Positions 7,864-10,986 of a DNA stretch of 10,986 bases are shown here, one piece after another. The translations under genes were made by a program, and so were the position numbers. The stretch comes from an uncultured archaeon (lineage in GTDB: Archaea; Asgardarchaeota; Heimdallarchaeia; Heimdallarchaeales; Kariarchaeaceae): positions 1 through 10,986 of the forward strand of contig CAZYCQ010000081.1 in NCBI GenBank assembly GCA_964645535.1. The letters run 5' to 3'. The notes under the pieces are model-generated. The model was not told where the DNA came from. It saw only the letters and a list, made by a program, of their open reading frames with translations, and searched no databases. How positions within the stretch are numbered: position 1 is the first letter of the stretch; each line of letters starts with the position of its first letter.

Positions 7864-8207
7864 TCGTACTCACGCCACTGCTTCTTGCAGGTAAGGCACT
7901 TGAAGAAGCGGGTAGGAGATTCATCGGCACTTCGGGTCTGGATCTCCCAATATTCAACTTCTTGAATGCTGTCGCATCTAGGACAGTAAATCTGACCACT
8001 TGGACGACCAACAGTTCTGCCATCATCTTCATCGACAATCAGCATTTTCCCCTTTTCGGGATCATCATCTCGATCCTCTTCGATCCTGATGTTATTGATC
8101 TCCAGATCCTTGAACTCATTGCAGTCAATGCAAAACAGAGCAGTCCTGTCATGGCCGGGAACCTTACGCGGCTGGAGAAGAGAATCACATGTCTCACAGA
8201 ATTGCAT
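7860..8207 (-). CDS. tfs: Transcription factor S (TFS; RpoM/Rpb9/TFIIS family)
   Basis: N-terminal Zn ribbon MQFCETC...FCIDC and C-terminal Zn ribbon CPRC...QTRSADESPTRFFKCLTC with the acidic DE pair intact; start set at ATG 8207. Confidence 0.95.
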   Translation of the reverse strand: MQFCETCDSLLQPRKVPGHDRTALFCIDCNEFKDLEINNIRIEEDRDDDPEKGKMLIVDEDDGRTVGRPSGQIYCPRCDSIQEVEYWEIQTRSADESPTRFFKCLTCKKQWREYD

Positions 8208-8348
8208 AGTCCATATTTCGATGACTGTTTCTTTAACCTTTATCATTGTGAACCCTAGGAAGATTTGACCAGATGGATCCAGCAAACTAGACACTCACAT
8301 TCAATTTTTTGACAAACCTTTTTGTTTGATGCCGATCATTTCAATCAT

Positions 8349-8729
8349 ATGTCAATTGATATCACCGATCATCAGAAAAGAGAACTGGTGAAACTTCTTA
8401 CAAAAATTTCACGGGAGTGCGAACTGGAAGCCCTTGGAATCGTCAACCGACAAGGGATCTCCCTTGCCTTCTTCGTCGGAGCCGGAGCCGACAAGGATCT
8501 CCTATCTGCCATCTCTGCGGCAATTACCTCAACCGGTGAATCCGTCACCACCAAGCTTCAGCATGGAAACCTCAACGATATGCTCATTAGAGGAGACAGG
8601 GGATTTACCATCCTTGCAACCGCAGGAGAATATATTCTGATAGGTGCATCCAAAGAAGTCCATGCAATAGGATTGACCCTGAACACCATCAGGGAATCTG
8701 TTCCGAAGCTCCGCGAGATACTCAACTAA
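8349..8729 (+). CDS. Roadblock/LC7 domain protein
   Basis: LEALGIVNRQGISLA...DLLSAISAAITSTGESVTTKLQHGNLNDMLIRGDRGFTILATAG fits the roadblock pattern; start set at ATG 8349 (126 aa). Confidence 0.9.
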   Translation: MSIDITDHQKRELVKLLTKISRECELEALGIVNRQGISLAFFVGAGADKDLLSAISAAITSTGESVTTKLQHGNLNDMLIRGDRGFTILATAGEYILIGASKEVHAIGLTLNTIRESVPKLREILN

Positions 8730-9208
8730 GTCCGTCGTTTCTGGATTTCCCTTAAGAATATAGTTAAGAAAAGAATGACCGCAAATACAATGCCCAAATC
8801 AAGCATCATCTTCTGAATCGGTTCCTTGGGTCCGCTGGTCTGGTAAAATTCAGTCGAAGAAAGCCAGTATTCCATGACAAAAAAGAAGAAGAAATAGTAC
8901 AGACCCATCACGAACAAAAATGACTTGGCTGAGGCTATGGTAATGTCACGGTTCCGATAGATGATCTCACGGTTCCAATAGTATTCATCCATCAGTAATT
9001 GGATGAAGAAAAGAAGTAGGGCCGTCGAGATCGGAACAACAAGAACAACCTGTTCATAATCTTCCTCAATCAATTGCAGGATCTCCCGAAGATAGAAATA
9101 GAACGGGATCTGTGCTACAACCGTCAGCAGAAGTTGAACTGCCGCAGTCCAGATCGAACGGGGGGCTGACCAGTTCAGTCGCTCCATCTGTGCAGTACTC
9201 ATCAACAT
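8726..9208 (-). CDS. Hypothetical 4-TM membrane protein
   Basis: Four hydrophobic segments and a basic C-terminus; TTTTTATAAG TATA-like element about 25 nt upstream (start may be 9202). Confidence 0.8.
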   Translation of the reverse strand: MLMSTAQMERLNWSAPRSIWTAAVQLLLTVVAQIPFYFYLREILQLIEEDYEQVVLVVPISTALLLFFIQLLMDEYYWNREIIYRNRDITIASAKSFLFVMGLYYFFFFFVMEYWLSSTEFYQTSGPKEPIQKMMLDLGIVFAVILFLTIFLREIQKRRT

Positions 9209-9342
9209 TGCTCAAATGCAGACCTTATAAAAAATTCCCTCAGTATCAAGCCGTTTGCAGTTGCAAGAACTTCTTCACCTAAACATGACCCTACAGCATC
9301 CCATATGTTCTTAAATATAGGAAACACAATTATGATGACATC

Positions 9343-9954
9343 ATGACTGAGGTAGTTGAAAGGGTTTCTGAACTTGAACGCATGATAAAGGACTTGGTCT
9401 ATGTCCAAAGACAGACGGAAATGAAATTGGCGTCCTTTATTGAAGAAATTAGGGAAGATACACGGAAATTCAAGGAGGAAATGAAGGAGTTCAAGGAATT
9501 TACCGAGAAAAACATCGACTCTCTGAACCAGAAATGGGGAGAACTGGCCAACAGATTAGGAACTATTGCAGAGGATCTCATTATGCCATGTTTCCCGGAG
9601 ACCGTTGAAAAATATCTCGGACTCAAAAATCCTATGACAATCCATCTGAATACCACAGTCAGAAAAGAGGGAAAGGCAAAAGAATTCGGCATCATCATTA
9701 TTTATGACGATGTAGTCATCCTCAATGAAGTGAAAGCTACCGCCACAAATAAATCAGTCCAAAATTTTGTTGATTTCATCCAATCCGATCAATTCTTTCA
9801 CTATTTCCCCCATCTAAAGGAAAAGAAATTGATCCCTTTTCTTTCTGCAATGAAGTTCGCTGAGGGAGTTCTGGAAATACTGACAAAAAACAAAATCTAT
9901 GCAGTCACCCCCTGTCCAGACATGAAAATCATCAATTTCGACAAATTACATTAA
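9343..9954 (+). CDS. Coiled-coil plus PD-(D/E)xK nuclease-like domain protein (DUF3782-like)
   Basis: Heptad-rich N-terminus, KWGELANRLGTIAEDL helix, EFGIIIIYDDVVILNEVKAT core; TTAAATA at 9311-9317 upstream. Confidence 0.8.
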   Translation: MTEVVERVSELERMIKDLVYVQRQTEMKLASFIEEIREDTRKFKEEMKEFKEFTEKNIDSLNQKWGELANRLGTIAEDLIMPCFPETVEKYLGLKNPMTIHLNTTVRKEGKAKEFGIIIIYDDVVILNEVKATATNKSVQNFVDFIQSDQFFHYFPHLKEKKLIPFLSAMKFAEGVLEILTKNKIYAVTPCPDMKIINFDKLH

Positions 9955-10015
9955 TACTACATCAGAAATACAAAACCATTCCGTGGATTGCCAATCAGAC
10001 AAATTAAGTGAATGA

Positions 10016-10444
10016 CTAAAGGTGTTGCTCCTGACCTGAATCTGCACGACGATCTCTGATGATCTTACGACCAATAACCCACCAAACATTGACAAACTCG
10101 CCAGGCTCCAAATTCTGAAGCTCGGGTTCGGTAGGTAAAGGTGTCTCATACATCTCATAGGTTTCTTGATCCATCAATTGAACCGAATCTGACGTCACAT
10201 TCAAAACCTGAGCAGTACGTTTCTCAATTACAGGAACCATGAACTTGTCGTCACCAGGTGCCACAATTGATTTCTTATTCCCTGTAAACAGATTTTCAAT
10301 CTGCATCCGAACTTTGGCGTGCCCGTGCTTTCCTGCCTTTGATTTATCGCTTGATTTGATTACATACACATCATTGTCGTACACAATGTAATTCCCAACC
10401 TTGAGTTGGCCGGCCTTTTTTGGTTTTACATCGGATTCACTCAT
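10016..10444 (-). CDS. eif5A: Translation factor aIF-5A
   Basis: KSKAGKHGHAKVRM hypusination loop, LKVGNYI, VPVIEKRTAQV, VQLMDQETYE; GGAGA lies upstream of ATG 10444. Confidence 0.98.
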   Translation of the reverse strand: MSESDVKPKKAGQLKVGNYIVYDNDVYVIKSSDKSKAGKHGHAKVRMQIENLFTGNKKSIVAPGDDKFMVPVIEKRTAQVLNVTSDSVQLMDQETYEMYETPLPTEPELQNLEPGEFVNVWWVIGRKIIRDRRADSGQEQHL

Positions 10445-10484
10445 GATATTCTCCAAGTTGACATTTTGGTACTTCCTTTAAGAT

Positions 10485-10688
10485 TTTTCCATTGCAATCG
10501 GAATTGGGAATGGTTTGGCTGAATGTTTTGTGAGGAGCTTTGAAACAATGGGGAAGATTTTTCTCGATGCAACTAAACGAAAGATCACTTACTTCAACCA
10601 TTTCTCATTGTTCAGCTAGTCTGCCTCACAAGATACAAAATCCAAACTCAGCATGGAATGGTCAAAATTCCCGGATTGGTATGGAAAA
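10485..10688. repeat. Long nested imperfect inverted repeat (~204 nt); candidate structured ncRNA or MITE-like element
   Basis: Collinear stems: TTTTCCAT/ATGGAAAA, CAATC/GATTG, GGAATT/AATTCC, GTTTGG/CCAAAC, TTGTGAGG/CCTCACAA, AGCT/AGCT, AACAATGGGGAA/TTTCTCATTGTT, GATTTTTC/GAAAGATC. Confidence 0.6.
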
Positions 10689-10722
10689 GCAATTGGAAGC
10701 CCAATTATTCCATGTCCCTAAG

Positions 10723-10731
10723 TTTTTATAA
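10723..10731 (+). promoter_or_regulatory. TATA box for the 10754 gene
   Basis: TTTTTATAA ends 23 nt before ATG 10754. Confidence 0.55.
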
Positions 10732-10753
10732 CCTCTTGATAAAATATTATTGG

Positions 10754-10986
10754 ATGAGCTCTTCGGACGAAGAACTGGAACGCAAACTTGAGGAACTTCT
10801 TCCCAAGGCATTGCACAAACTGGGATATATTTATACCCCAGACCAGCTTGCCACCAAGGAAGATATTGAAAATTTAAGACAGCAAATGGATGAACGTTTC
10901 CTGAAGGTTTTTGAACGGATGGAAAAACATGATGAGGAAATCAAGAGCATCAGGGAAGAGATGAAGCAGCAGAATGAGGAAATCAA
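10754..10986 (+). CDS. Partial coiled-coil repeat protein (ATKEDI motif; DUF3782-like N-terminus), runs off the window and is absent from the ORF track
   Basis: Manual translation: MSSSDEELERKLEELLPKALHKLGYIYTPDQLATKEDIENLRQQMDERFLKVFERMEKHDEEIKSIREEMKQQNEEI..., open to the window end. Confidence 0.85.
   Translation, partial: MSSSDEELERKLEELLPKALHKLGYIYTPDQLATKEDIENLRQQMDERFLKVFERMEKHDEEIKSIREEMKQQNEEI

Noticed and set aside
7845-8294. 137-aa plus-strand ORF and the extended GTG start of tfs
   Set aside because: The ORF is an antisense shadow of tfs; the TFS family pattern starts at MQFC (8207).
10485-10688. SRP RNA, RNase P RNA, CRISPR array or integron attC as the identity of the hairpin
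   Set aside because: No SRP helix-8 motif, no GAGGAAAGTCC, no repeat-spacer periodicity, no RYYYAAC/GTTRRRY ends, and it is longer than typical attC sites.
10540-10731. 63-aa ORF in the aIF5A upstream region
   Set aside because: TTG start, no motif, lies within the inverted repeat and ends in the next gene's TATA box.

Overview
Archaeal chromosomal region, most likely from an Asgard archaeon (inferred from a stand-alone roadblock/LC7 gene, a G1-C72/A73 tRNA-Pro without encoded CCA, aIF5A, TFS, and TATA-like boxes about 20-30 nt before start codons). Recognisable genes are tRNA-Pro(UGG), A/V-type ATPase subunit D outside its usual operon, histidine ammonia-lyase (hutH), a surface-anchored GH114/TM1410-like glycoside hydrolase, transcription factor S, a roadblock protein and aIF5A. 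Accessory genes are a membrane-anchored wHTH regulator, a 5'-truncated NurA-like nuclease remnant next to the tRNA 3' end, a probable tandem-wHTH protein, two membrane proteins, and two coiled-coil (DUF3782-like) genes that bracket aIF5A; the first has a PD-(D/E)xK-like domain and the second runs off the window. The most unusual unexplained structure is a ~204-nt nested imperfect hairpin (10485-10688) between the divergent aIF5A and coiled-coil gene promoters, with G-T/U wobbles on the + strand. All family assignments come from motif recognition, not database searches.
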